Shown in pieces: positions 7,822 through 15,668 of a stretch of 20,000 nt of DNA. Every line of letters starts with the position of its first letter. The first letter of the stretch is position 1. The stretch lies in IMG/VR virus record IMGVR_UViG_3300032116_000170; one strand, written 5' to 3'. This DNA comes from an uncultured virus (IMG/VR IMGVR_UViG_3300032116_000170) (taxonomy: Duplodnaviria > Heunggongvirae > Uroviricota > Caudoviricetes). Position numbers and translations under genes: made by a program. The notes beneath the pieces are model-generated. The model was not told the origin of the DNA, ran no database searches, and worked only from the letters and a program-made list of their open reading frames with translations.

Positions 7822-7981
7822 CTTCGTCATCCTCCATGTGTTCTTGCAACAGTTGCAGCTTGGCGAGGTCAAGGCATCCGAGGGCGGTGGGCAGCACCAT
7901 CGCTTCGTCGTACCTGTGAACCACCTCCAGCAGCTCGTCCACTAGCTTCTGCGCCAGCGATCCTTGGTAGTCGTAGGTCAT
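7811..7981 (-). CDS. Hypothetical acidic protein (56 aa)
   Basis: AGGGGAACAC-ATGA junction. Confidence 0.72.
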   Translation of the reverse strand: MTYDYQGSLAQKLVDELLEVVHRYDEAMVLPTALGCLDLAKLQLLQEHMEDDEDDL

Positions 7982-8109
7982 GTGTTCCCCTTTTTTGGTA
8001 TACATTTGCCCGGCTCGCTGATGCACAAGTAATAGTCAATCGCACCCAATGCGCCGAGGACCGTGGCGATGATGTGTGCCGCGCCAAACCAAGCAAGAAA
8101 TATCTTCAT
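7978..8109 (-). CDS. Small membrane protein (43 aa)
   Basis: MKIFLAWFGAAHIIATVLGALGAIDYYLC: hydrophobic N-terminal helix. ATGA overlaps. Confidence 0.65.
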   Translation of the reverse strand: MKIFLAWFGAAHIIATVLGALGAIDYYLCISEPGKCIPKKGNT

Positions 8110-8429
8110 ATGTTCCCCCTTGCTCGGATGGCAACTTGCAGGGCACAGAAATCCTGATGGGCCTTGAGTGTTGATGAGTAGTGAAGGTTGCTGTCGCAGT
8201 GGATCTTCCACCATTTACGTGCAAATTCTTCACACACCTTTGCACACGCCTCTCTTTCGGCAAGCACAGCCTTCTGCACCAAAATCTTGATGTTGTCGTC
8301 AATAGCCTCAAGAACCAGCTTGGCTGCGTCATCAGCAGGGATGTCAGGATTGGCCCATATGCCATCTTTAGACAAGCGCAAAACTTCTGTTGCTGGCGTT
8401 CCGCTGTGAAATTGAATGGTGTTGTTCAT
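8106..8429 (-). CDS. EREACAK-module family protein (107 aa)
   Basis: Contains AEREACAKVCE and ends AIRARGNI; AGGAAG RBS; ATGA overlaps. Confidence 0.78.
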   Translation of the reverse strand: MNNTIQFHSGTPATEVLRLSKDGIWANPDIPADDAAKLVLEAIDDNIKILVQKAVLAEREACAKVCEEFARKWWKIHCDSNLHYSSTLKAHQDFCALQVAIRARGNI

Positions 8430-8803
8430 TCGGTTCTTCCTTTCAACATCTCTGCTCTGCAATCGTTCCAGCCTGCTGCAAAAGCGGGATTCTCATCTTT
8501 TGGATTCAGAACATCTGGTATGACCACTGCTGTTGCTAAGTTCTTCTCAAATACCTTGGCTTCAACGACTTGGGCAAATTCGTAATGGTCTAAGTTGTAT
8601 GTAGGCCAATTGTTAAAAATCTCGTCAATTTCATCCTCAGTCAGCCCAACCAATTGCCGCTTTGCGCACGCCTCACGCTCATCAGCACGGACAAGAGCGG
8701 CGAAGCGGCGAAGCGATCCGTTTTCTCCATCAAAGCCTACAAAGCCAGCCTCACGGGCCATGCGGGAAATGTCTTCACGGGTCATGTCTATCGTGTCTCT
8801 CAT
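8426..8803 (-). CDS. EREACAK-module family protein (125 aa, multi-module)
   Basis: MRDTIDM..MAREAG..FAALVRADEREACAK + LVGLTEDEI..EAKVFEKN + GWNDCRAEML. Confidence 0.78.
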   Translation of the reverse strand: MRDTIDMTREDISRMAREAGFVGFDGENGSLRRFAALVRADEREACAKRQLVGLTEDEIDEIFNNWPTYNLDHYEFAQVVEAKVFEKNLATAVVIPDVLNPKDENPAFAAGWNDCRAEMLKGRTE

Positions 8804-9057
8804 GCTTGCTCTCCCCATGCCTTTGTTGCTTCTTCTCGCAGTTGGGAAATCAATTTTTCAACCTCATCCCAGTTGCGTAGGTACTGCTGATAAAACGGAT
8901 CGCCATCCTGTCCAAACCCAACAACAGGCGGATCAACAGGGCCTATGTAGCCGCCAAGTCCATGAATGTCCTTCACGACATAAGCGTCATGCTCATATCC
9001 ACCACTGCGAATTTCACGTAGCTCTTTTTCGTAATACGCTTTTTGTTCGGGTGTCAT
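8800..9057 (-). CDS. Hypothetical protein (85 aa)
   Basis: ATGA overlaps at both ends; AGGGA RBS. Confidence 0.72.
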   Translation of the reverse strand: MTPEQKAYYEKELREIRSGGYEHDAYVVKDIHGLGGYIGPVDPPVVGFGQDGDPFYQQYLRNWDEVEKLISQLREEATKAWGEQA

Positions 9058-9359
9058 GTGTTTTCCCTTGCTGGACAGTTGCGTCCTTGGTCACAGTCTT
9101 GGTTGCATGGTGGGCATGTGTTCCCCCTTGCTCGGATGGCGTCGGCGCAGTCCAAAGTAGCAGCCTCCCACAAAGATTCGTTGTCTAGTGAAATATGCAC
9201 AGGAACAAGTAAATCATCACACACCTTTGCACATGCCTCACGCTCATCAGCACGGACAAGGGCTTCAAAGGCTTTCAGCTTTTCAAGGTAGATTGGCTCA
9301 CCAGTTACAAAGTCATAGGGCATTTTGACTTCACGGGCCATGTCTATCGTGTCTCTCAT
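9054..9359 (-). CDS. EREACAK-module family protein with Cys-rich tail (101 aa)
   Basis: MRDTIDMARE..FEALVRADEREACAKVCD..AIRARGNT + CPPCNQDCDQGRNCPAR. Confidence 0.78.
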   Translation of the reverse strand: MRDTIDMAREVKMPYDFVTGEPIYLEKLKAFEALVRADEREACAKVCDDLLVPVHISLDNESLWEAATLDCADAIRARGNTCPPCNQDCDQGRNCPARENT

Positions 9360-9688
9360 GTGTTCCCCCTGGCTCGAATAGCGGCAGCGTTCCACTCTGA
9401 GGTTTGGGCTGCGGAATCATAAATACGCTGGTCAGTGATGCGCTTTGCCTTTGCTGAGGCAACAAGACTTCTTTCAACTTGTTCATCACACACCTTTGCA
9501 CACGCCTCTCTTTCCCCAAGAATCATGGTGTGGGCACGCTCCATCCATTTGTCACGCTCATCAGCACGGACAAGGGCTTCAAAGCGTTTGAGAAATTCAG
9601 TTGATTGCGTCCCAACCCAAGAAGTCCATCCGTGACTTGCAATGTCAGCTGCACCAGCCTTACGGGCCATGTCTATCGTCTTATCCAT
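9356..9688 (-). CDS. EREACAK-module family protein (110 aa)
   Basis: MDKTIDMARKAG..FEALVRADER..GEREACAKVCD..AIRARGNT; AGGAGAAG RBS before ATG 9688. Confidence 0.78.
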   Translation of the reverse strand: MDKTIDMARKAGAADIASHGWTSWVGTQSTEFLKRFEALVRADERDKWMERAHTMILGEREACAKVCDEQVERSLVASAKAKRITDQRIYDSAAQTSEWNAAAIRARGNT

Positions 9689-10277
9689 TGTTCTTCTCCT
9701 TGAGTTTGGCTTCTGCTGTTTTGGCTCGTTCGGCCCACTCATGAATTGCTTCAACGTGTGCGGCGTGCAGGGTGCATTGCTGCACCTGCTCCTCGCCTTT
9801 CCACCTGCAACTGCATGGCTTAAAGACTGGCTCCTGCACAGGAGCGAATGGGGCGACTCTTCGTGCTCTGAATACGGCCTGAAGATCGGCATCGGCAACG
9901 AACTCGCACTCATCACCTTCTGAATACTTGGCAACTTTGAACTGCATCTCATGCACCAGTCCGCAATCGCAGCACTTCATGAAGTATTGCTCCGAGTAGG
10001 GATTGACCCACTCTGACCAGTCGCCTTCGTTTTCAACCTCATGCTTGGTGAAGTCCGGCGGCAATCCTCCGGGCCGATGTGCCGTGTCGCTTGATTTCCA
10101 AGGCTCATAGTCCAGCCCCAACTCTCTGGCGTTCTCTGCCATCTTGTCGAGGGCTCGGGCTTGCTTGATGGCGGTGATGGCTTGTTCGGCGCGTTCTATC
10201 TCATTCATGCTAAGAGATAGCTCTTTAAAGAACTGCAACGCCTCCAGCGCCAAGTCCAATGCTTCGTCTTTGGTCAT
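9681..10277 (-). CDS. Mosaic hypothetical protein (198 aa) with CCDCGLVH zinc motif
   Basis: MTKDEALDLALEAL..AITAIKQA..LDKMAENARELGLDY + WSEW..MKCCDCGLVH + CSC..CTLH + EAKLKEKNNG. Confidence 0.8.
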   Translation of the reverse strand: MTKDEALDLALEALQFFKELSLSMNEIERAEQAITAIKQARALDKMAENARELGLDYEPWKSSDTAHRPGGLPPDFTKHEVENEGDWSEWVNPYSEQYFMKCCDCGLVHEMQFKVAKYSEGDECEFVADADLQAVFRARRVAPFAPVQEPVFKPCSCRWKGEEQVQQCTLHAAHVEAIHEWAERAKTAEAKLKEKNNG

Positions 10278-10369
10278 AGCGGTGCATCCTCATGGTTGCC
10301 GGGGTTGAACTTGGGTACTCGGTTGCCCGTGTCTTTGGGGTTTGGGAATTGTGGGAAAGGCCATGTCAT
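10274..10369 (-). CDS. 31-aa proline-rich micro-protein MTWPFPQFPNPKDTGNRVPKFNPGNHEDAPL
   Basis: Not in the ORF track; GGAGG RBS; ATGA overlaps at both ends. Confidence 0.7.
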   Translation of the reverse strand: MTWPFPQFPNPKDTGNRVPKFNPGNHEDAPL

Positions 10370-10530
10370 GTGCCCCTCCATGAGCTTGCCAAGCGTTGCT
10401 TCAACAGCCCCACCACAGGTAAAGCAATCTCGTCATACACGCCGGGGTCAGTCTGCATGATGACCTCGATTAAGTCGAGCGCAGCTTGTATCGCCGTGCC
10501 ATCAGCGTCAAAAATATCTTCGTTGTTCAT
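10366..10530 (-). CDS. Hypothetical protein (54 aa, MNNEDIFDADGTAIQAALDLIE...)
   Basis: Not in the ORF track; AGGAG RBS; ATGA overlaps at both ends. Confidence 0.72.
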   Translation of the reverse strand: MNNEDIFDADGTAIQAALDLIEVIMQTDPGVYDEIALPVVGLLKQRLASSWRGT

Positions 10531-10706
10531 TTCAATCTCCTAAACGTTATCCACGCTGGCTCTTGCACCTTGACCACGGGTGGGGGTGTCATCTTCTCCG
10601 AGGGTGGGGCCCATCCATACTTGCGCCACAGCGCTTGCACATCAGAGCCGCTGCTCCATTTGAAATCGGGGTGTCCTACTGGAATCCATGGAATAGTCTT
10701 TGTCAT
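10527..10706 (-). CDS. Hypothetical protein (59 aa, ..DVQALWRKYGWAPPSE..)
   Basis: AAGGAG RBS; ATGA overlaps. Confidence 0.72.
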   Translation of the reverse strand: MTKTIPWIPVGHPDFKWSSGSDVQALWRKYGWAPPSEKMTPPPVVKVQEPAWITFRRLK

Positions 10707-10948
10707 GTTTGTTCTCCTTCTTTGGGGGTTAACCAAAACGCTTCACCGATCCTGTGTCCAATACTCTTGATCTCGCTCAAGGGGTCCACAAGACTGAGCA
10801 GGGCTACATCCCTGCGTATCCAGTCAGGTACGGACTCATCGGAAAAATCCATCTGAGGTCCAAGCATGGTGTTGCCTTTGAACGAAGACACGTGCCAGCG
10901 CCCATCCCGAAGGAGGACTCTGTACTGGCAGTCAGGTTTGCGAAGCAT
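10703..10948 (-). CDS. Hypothetical protein (81 aa)
   Basis: AAGGAAC RBS before ATG 10948, directly after the vWA gene stop. Confidence 0.7.
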   Translation of the reverse strand: MLRKPDCQYRVLLRDGRWHVSSFKGNTMLGPQMDFSDESVPDWIRRDVALLSLVDPLSEIKSIGHRIGEAFWLTPKEGEQT

Positions 10949-10956
10949 TACGTTCC

Positions 10957-12108
10957 TTACATATGCACGGTGACACCGTGTGGCGCACTGTTGTGCGAGT
11001 TGTTGATACACCATAAAACGGGGGCGGGCCAGTCATTGCCCCAATCCCCGAACACATCACCATCGGTGAGCATGACAATGCAATCAGGACGGATGTTCTG
11101 ATCGCGCAGATATTCGGTCACGCAACTCGGCGCTGTGCCACCACCTCCTCTCGGCTTGGTGCTGTCGCGCAAAGTGCTTACCGCATCTGCTTCGTATTGT
11201 TCATGTGCGGCTACATCATGCCCCCAATACAGCAAATCCACAAGTTCAGGCTTAACAGACTCGCACACGGACTGCGCTTCTGCAAGGAACTCGGCCAGCT
11301 CCCGGCCACCGATCGAACCCGATGTATCCACAGCCAACACAACCCTGTGGATGGTGTCGGAATAACTTGTGGGCAGCATCAGGTCTTGGCTCTGGAACCT
11401 GCGGTTGATGCGGCGGTACGTGGTGTAGTCGTCACCGGGTTTGGTATTGCTCACGAACTCACGCAGCGCATCACGCCAATCCACCTTGGGTTGCAGCATC
11501 TCAAGCACCGAGCGGTCCACATTCGCACCCGCCTTGCTTGCAAGGATGTTGCCCTGCCGCAATGCTTGGTCGATGGTCTTGGCAAGTTCATCGACTTCCT
11601 CTGGTGTCAGCTCGCTGGCCGCATCCCAATCGTGCTGGTCGAATCCTTTGCCACTGGGCGCACCGTTTGGGTATTGCTTCTTGAGCATCTTAAACACTTG
11701 GCCAGAGTCCATGCCACGGTACTGCTCGTCTACACACCCGCCAGCAGGCAGGCGCAAAAAGCCATCCTTGGCCGCACGATCTGCGATCATGAGGTTGATC
11801 ACAAAGTCACACGCCATGTTGGCCAGTTGCGCATCGTCCTCGTACAGGTGATGCCATGTGGTCAGGTGCTTGAACGCACAGTGCAGCTTCTCGTGCAGCA
11901 CAAGGCCCATGAGTTCTGCATCTGTCAGGTTGGCAATGAAGGCTTCGCTGTACTCGACATTAACGCCATCGGTGCGTGCGGTGATACCCGGCTGGGTGGT
12001 CACTACGTTGTTGCCCATGACGATGATGCCGGACAACCACATGAACTCCGGGTCTCGGATGAGGGATACATGCGCACGCTCGATGCGCTGCAAGGGTGTC
12101 ATCTTCAT
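10957..12108 (-). CDS. HExxH metallopeptidase-like + vWA domain protein (DUF2201-like)
   Basis: TARTDG, LHEKLHCAFKH, ANMACDFVIN; C-terminal MIDAS AVDTSGSI, GGGGT, MLTDG. GAGG RBS before ATG 12108. Confidence 0.9.
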   Translation of the reverse strand: MKMTPLQRIERAHVSLIRDPEFMWLSGIIVMGNNVVTTQPGITARTDGVNVEYSEAFIANLTDAELMGLVLHEKLHCAFKHLTTWHHLYEDDAQLANMACDFVINLMIADRAAKDGFLRLPAGGCVDEQYRGMDSGQVFKMLKKQYPNGAPSGKGFDQHDWDAASELTPEEVDELAKTIDQALRQGNILASKAGANVDRSVLEMLQPKVDWRDALREFVSNTKPGDDYTTYRRINRRFQSQDLMLPTSYSDTIHRVVLAVDTSGSIGGRELAEFLAEAQSVCESVKPELVDLLYWGHDVAAHEQYEADAVSTLRDSTKPRGGGGTAPSCVTEYLRDQNIRPDCIVMLTDGDVFGDWGNDWPAPVLWCINNSHNSAPHGVTVHM

Positions 12109-12115
12109 GGTGACC

Positions 12116-13171
12116 TCACGCAAACATGTATTGGTTGTCGATGGCGAACGTGGTGAACTTCTCGTTCTCCAGCGTGAACTGCTTGGCAGGCTTCTTGATG
12201 ATGGACGTGCAAAACAGTGCCTGCATCTCACGGGGCATGCGTGCCATGTAATCCATCCACGGGTCAAGGGTCTGCTCATCCACCCAGTTGAGCGCTTGGT
12301 AGGCCAGCATCAGCTTGCCCGCCACTTCCTTGGGCATGCGTGCGTTCTCCGGGTCGTTGATGATCTCGGTGCGCTTGGGCAGGCTGTCACCCATGGCGAT
12401 CCACGCTTGCAGGTCCAAAGCAGCAGGTGCACCCACCGTACCTACCAGCGCAGACTCCAGCGCGTTCGGGGTATACAGGTGGCGCTTGTTCACGATCTTG
12501 CTGGCTTGTGCCAGTGACCGGTGTGTCACGAACGCAGTGCGCTGTGCCCGTGGATGGAAGATGAACGGGTTGTCGTTGGGCTCTTTGTAGTCCTCGAACG
12601 AGTGCAGCACATCGGGGCGCTCACCCACCCACATGATGATCTCGGGGGCGATGTCATTGAACCGTGCCCAGTTGTCCACCCACTCTTGCGCCGTGGGTTT
12701 CTTCATCTGCACGAATGACATGCGGTTGCGGTGGTGTGCTTGGAACGTATCGCCCACAGACTCAGCACCAAGGTTGGTTGTTGCGAACACGATGGAGTCA
12801 GGGTGCAGGCGCTGGTTACCCAAGCGGCGCTCGACCAGCAGGGGCAGGGACGCATCCTTGACGGGCTTGGTGGCCTTGCCCATTTCATCCAGCATGAGGA
12901 CGACCGGCGTGTTGTCGTGCATACCCAGCGAAGCGTTCGGATAGAACTCGGAGGACTTGGTCGCGTGGTCCACAGCAGGCACACGGAAGTCACCCTCGTG
13001 CATGACGGTCATGTCAAGGTACATCTTGCGGTGGTTGGGGAACCGCTCACTGACATCATCAAGAATGGCGCTCTTCCCGCTGCCAATATCTCCTTCTACA
13101 ACACAGGTCACGTCTGCGCCGATGGCGCAGATAAGATCGACCACTTCATTACGTGTGATTGCTGATTTCAT
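12116..13171 (-). CDS. MoxR-type AAA+ ATPase
   Basis: Walker A GDIGSGKS, Walker B VLMLDEMGK, sensor ATTN, Arg finger RNR; adjacent to the vWA gene. Confidence 0.9.
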   Translation of the reverse strand: MKSAITRNEVVDLICAIGADVTCVVEGDIGSGKSAILDDVSERFPNHRKMYLDMTVMHEGDFRVPAVDHATKSSEFYPNASLGMHDNTPVVLMLDEMGKATKPVKDASLPLLVERRLGNQRLHPDSIVFATTNLGAESVGDTFQAHHRNRMSFVQMKKPTAQEWVDNWARFNDIAPEIIMWVGERPDVLHSFEDYKEPNDNPFIFHPRAQRTAFVTHRSLAQASKIVNKRHLYTPNALESALVGTVGAPAALDLQAWIAMGDSLPKRTEIINDPENARMPKEVAGKLMLAYQALNWVDEQTLDPWMDYMARMPREMQALFCTSIIKKPAKQFTLENEKFTTFAIDNQYMFA

Positions 13172-13677
13172 GATGTTCTTTCGTTTAAAAAGGTTGATTT
13201 ATCGATCCGCAGAAATACTGCATCTTTGGCACTGAGGCCGCGCTTTAAGCGGTAATGAACCGTCTTTGGCCCAATACCTGCTTCCTTTGCCCATACGGTC
13301 AAGGGCTTGCTCTTTCCGTCTATTTCTAGCCACCGGGTGTTGCGCTTGTTGGTAGCCTGTTCTGCCAAGGTTGCCCATCGGCAGTTGTTGGGACCATATC
13401 CTTGGGCCCCATCTATGCGGTCAATTGATGCACCAGCAAATGGGGGTGGCCCCATATCCAAAATGAACCATTCAAATCCGCTCAAACCGTCTGCTCCATA
13501 TGCCCATCTATCGCATATGGTCACACCCTTCGCCCCGTATTTGGCGTAGTCTTTGTGTGAGGGCTGTAAGCAACGGGCCTTCATGTTCTGCCATCGCAGA
13601 TAAATGGTTGACGGCTTCCCGTTTACATACTGGCCGTGCTTGAAAGACGGGTTTGTGGTTCCTTTTAGACTGGGCAT
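13168..13677 (-). CDS. HNH homing-endonuclease-like protein
   Basis: KHG...YLRWQNMKARC...YGAKGVTICDRW...FILDMG...SIDRIDGAQGYGPNNCRWAT..EQATNKR plus a C-terminal HTH-like region. AAGGAG RBS. Confidence 0.85.
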   Translation of the reverse strand: MPSLKGTTNPSFKHGQYVNGKPSTIYLRWQNMKARCLQPSHKDYAKYGAKGVTICDRWAYGADGLSGFEWFILDMGPPPFAGASIDRIDGAQGYGPNNCRWATLAEQATNKRNTRWLEIDGKSKPLTVWAKEAGIGPKTVHYRLKRGLSAKDAVFLRIDKSTFLNERTS

Positions 13678-13744
13678 CACTGACTCCTTTTGCTAAGTAC
13701 ATGACCATGTTTTACCACAGTATACGCTCTTGGGTCAGCCCCAT

Positions 13745-14614
13745 TTAAATCTCCAATGAAAATTTATCTGTCAGGTCTTGCATCTTGATCTTGATGGCTT
13801 CACGCACCTCGGGTGATTTGCGCAGAGACACAATATCAATGTCGGTCAGGGATTGCTCAAGCGCACGGCGTGCAGCTTCAAGGTCCGGGTCATCCAGCAG
13901 GTTCAAGGATGTGAGCGTGCCGCACAGTGCCAGCGCATTGTCGAGCATGGATTGGTACAGCTTCTGGGGCTTGCCGTCTTCCTTGTCGATCATCTTGTCC
14001 TTGATGTGTTTGATCTCTTGGTACAGGCGCTCCCACGGCTCGCGCATGGCTTCTTGCATACGCTTGTTGTGCTCACGCTCAAACTGAGCGACCACCTGTT
14101 GTGCAGCTGCTGCAGGGATGTCCACACGGAAGTCGCCTGACGATGGCACAGGAGTGAACACATAGTTGAACCCGAACTTGTGCACCAGCTCTGCAGCGTT
14201 GGGGAACTCTTTGGGGTCGAACAGCTTGCCCAGCTTGAACGCTTGCGATGAAACCTTCACGCCATAATTGTTGATGAACATATCCACAAGGCGGTTGAAC
14301 TCGCGCTCGTGCTCTGCCAACTCATGCGTGATGTCAAAGAAGTTTTTGGTTGGTACAAGGCGTGTGCCCGAGTCAGCCCATGGAAGGGTTACGCTGTACA
14401 GCCAAGTGCGCACGCGCCCTGCGTAGGACGCGATGGCTTCGAGGTCTTTGTCCTCGGTGAAGAGTGACTTGTACACCGATGCAGCTTTGGATGAACGTGT
14501 GTTCTTGCTGATGTTGATCTCTGCGGCAGTAGCCTTGTCTTGCTTGCGGCCCGTGTACACGGACAGATGCAGATCGAGCAGCATCGCTGAAGATGAAAGT
14601 GATTTGATTGCCAT
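13745..14614 (-). CDS. DUF3150-like coiled-coil protein, partner of the AAA/vWA pair
   Basis: LSSSAMLLDL.LSVYTGRKQD...TLPWADSGTRLVP...N.LDDPDLE; resembles the family that accompanies phage AAA-vWA pairs. Family name is from recall. Confidence 0.7.
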   Translation of the reverse strand: MAIKSLSSSAMLLDLHLSVYTGRKQDKATAAEINISKNTRSSKAASVYKSLFTEDKDLEAIASYAGRVRTWLYSVTLPWADSGTRLVPTKNFFDITHELAEHEREFNRLVDMFINNYGVKVSSQAFKLGKLFDPKEFPNAAELVHKFGFNYVFTPVPSSGDFRVDIPAAAAQQVVAQFEREHNKRMQEAMREPWERLYQEIKHIKDKMIDKEDGKPQKLYQSMLDNALALCGTLTSLNLLDDPDLEAARRALEQSLTDIDIVSLRKSPEVREAIKIKMQDLTDKFSLEI

Positions 14615-14641
14615 GATGTTTCGTAAGTTAAGTTGAAGAAA

Positions 14642-14657
14642 TTCCTACGCGTAGGAA
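14642..14657. repeat. Palindrome TTCCTAC-GC-GTAGGAA (copy of intergenic motif family)
   Basis: Perfect 16-bp palindrome, 28 nt upstream of ATG 14614. Confidence 0.85.
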
Positions 14658-14697
14658 AAAGGTGTGGGATGGTGTGCCCCACAAAAGCTACCAGTTC

Positions 14698-15060
14698 TCA
14701 GCCGATACGCAGCACTTCGACCTTTTGGGTGTTTTTGTTGAAGCAGGACTTCATTGCACCTTTGCCCCACAAGTTGATGAAGTGCGCGGTGACGCCGCTG
14801 TGCAAACTCTTGCCTGTGCCGCCCGGTGGAATGTCAAACTCTGCCACATCACCCACGGCCATGTTGTTGTATGGCTTGCACATGGTGGAGTAAGTGCCCA
14901 TCGGGAGCGGGCCAGCTTTACGTACGCGGGTCTTGACCTCAGCCAGCTGCAGGTCGCCCTCGCTGTGTGTCGTGCCATCGGGCATGACGATGATGTATTT
15001 GGCCTTGGTAGCCTTGAGCAAACGCATAGCGTTCTGAACGGTTTGTTCGATGATACTCAT
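14698..15060 (-). CDS. Hypothetical protein (120 aa)
   Basis: AAAGGAAA RBS; first gene behind the promoter at 15099-15127. Confidence 0.8.
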   Translation of the reverse strand: MSIIEQTVQNAMRLLKATKAKYIIVMPDGTTHSEGDLQLAEVKTRVRKAGPLPMGTYSTMCKPYNNMAVGDVAEFDIPPGGTGKSLHSGVTAHFINLWGKGAMKSCFNKNTQKVEVLRIG

Positions 15061-15098
15061 TTCAAGTTTCCTTTCGGGGTTTACAAAGTGAAGATTAC

Positions 15099-15127
15099 AT
15101 TATAAAGGAGTTTGGGGGTTGTGTCAA
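15099..15127 (-). promoter_or_regulatory. Consensus sigma70 promoter TTGACA-17-TATAAT
   Basis: Minus strand TTGACA caacccccaaactcctt TATAAT; intergenic and oriented toward downstream genes. Confidence 0.92.
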
Positions 15128-15135
15128 ACAACACC

Positions 15136-15429
15136 TCATGGAAAATCGCGAACTTTATTTCGCGGGGTCTTGGAAAAAGTTACGCCATCGGCGTCAAGCA
15201 TGGCAAGGCCTACAGCCCACGGTATGTGGTGGGCCTTCTCCCAATCACGGGTTTGCCCGTCATTGTTGTGCAAGCTGATCGTGTAATAGCAGGTGTTGTC
15301 GTCCGCATTGAACGTCAGGCGCATATCCACGCTTGTGTTGCCCTCATCGGGCAGCGAGTACAACTCTTTGTCGTAGTCGTAGTAAGGCGAGAAGTGCTGA
15401 ACGAAGTGCCACTTGTTCGTGTCTTTCAT
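15136..15429 (-). CDS. Hypothetical protein (97 aa)
   Basis: ATGA overlap with the upstream gene; GAAGGGA RBS. Confidence 0.72.
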   Translation of the reverse strand: MKDTNKWHFVQHFSPYYDYDKELYSLPDEGNTSVDMRLTFNADDNTCYYTISLHNNDGQTRDWEKAHHIPWAVGLAMLDADGVTFSKTPRNKVRDFP

Positions 15430-15542
15430 TTCATTTTCCCTTCACCTACGTCACAGAAGTCACAGCGGCGCTGCCACCACCAGACACGTACCTCACCACA
15501 CTCACAGCACTTGGCCGTGAACAGTTTGCGTAAAAGTTTCAT
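15426..15542 (-). CDS. 38-aa zinc-ribbon micro-protein MKLLRKLFTAKCCECGEVRVWWWQRRCDFCDVGEGKMK
   Basis: Not in the ORF track; GGAGG RBS; ATGA overlaps at both ends; CxxC-x11-CxxC. Confidence 0.72.
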   Translation of the reverse strand: MKLLRKLFTAKCCECGEVRVWWWQRRCDFCDVGEGKMK

Positions 15543-15667
15543 ACCACCTCCAATACCAAAAACAAAACAAAAATTACCGCCAGCACGATGAACCAGATCA
15601 ACTCGGCACGATCGGACATGGGTTCACGGTGTGTTGGGATAGGCTTGGGTGGGCCTTTGTATTTCAT
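15539..15667 (-). CDS. Small membrane protein (42 aa)
   Basis: AGGAG RBS; C-terminal LIWFIVLAVIFVLFLVLEVV transmembrane helix. Confidence 0.7.
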   Translation of the reverse strand: MKYKGPPKPIPTHREPMSDRAELIWFIVLAVIFVLFLVLEVV

Positions 15668-15668
15668 C

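Noticed and set aside
8106..9699. CRISPR array or DGR template/variable repeat interpretation of the 22-33 bp repeats
   Set aside because: The repeats are of several different sequences, irregularly spaced and in-frame within genes. Mismatches are not adenine-specific, and no reverse transcriptase or cas operon is present in the window.
13168..13745. Group I intron or intein around the HNH genes
   Set aside because: Flanking genes are intact with their own starts and stops, the spacers are too short for a ribozyme core, and no intein motifs were seen in PolA or the helicase.
14656..14683. Possible intrinsic terminator (minus strand TGTGGGG-CACACCA-TCCCACA-CC-TTTTT)
   Set aside because: The stem is modest, the U-tract is short and offset, and it lies within an apparent operon. 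It could be an attenuator, but there is not enough support to call it.
14806..14829. PPGGTGKS P-loop-like string in the 120-aa protein
   Set aside because: The protein is too short, with no Walker B or P-loop fold context; probably coincidental.
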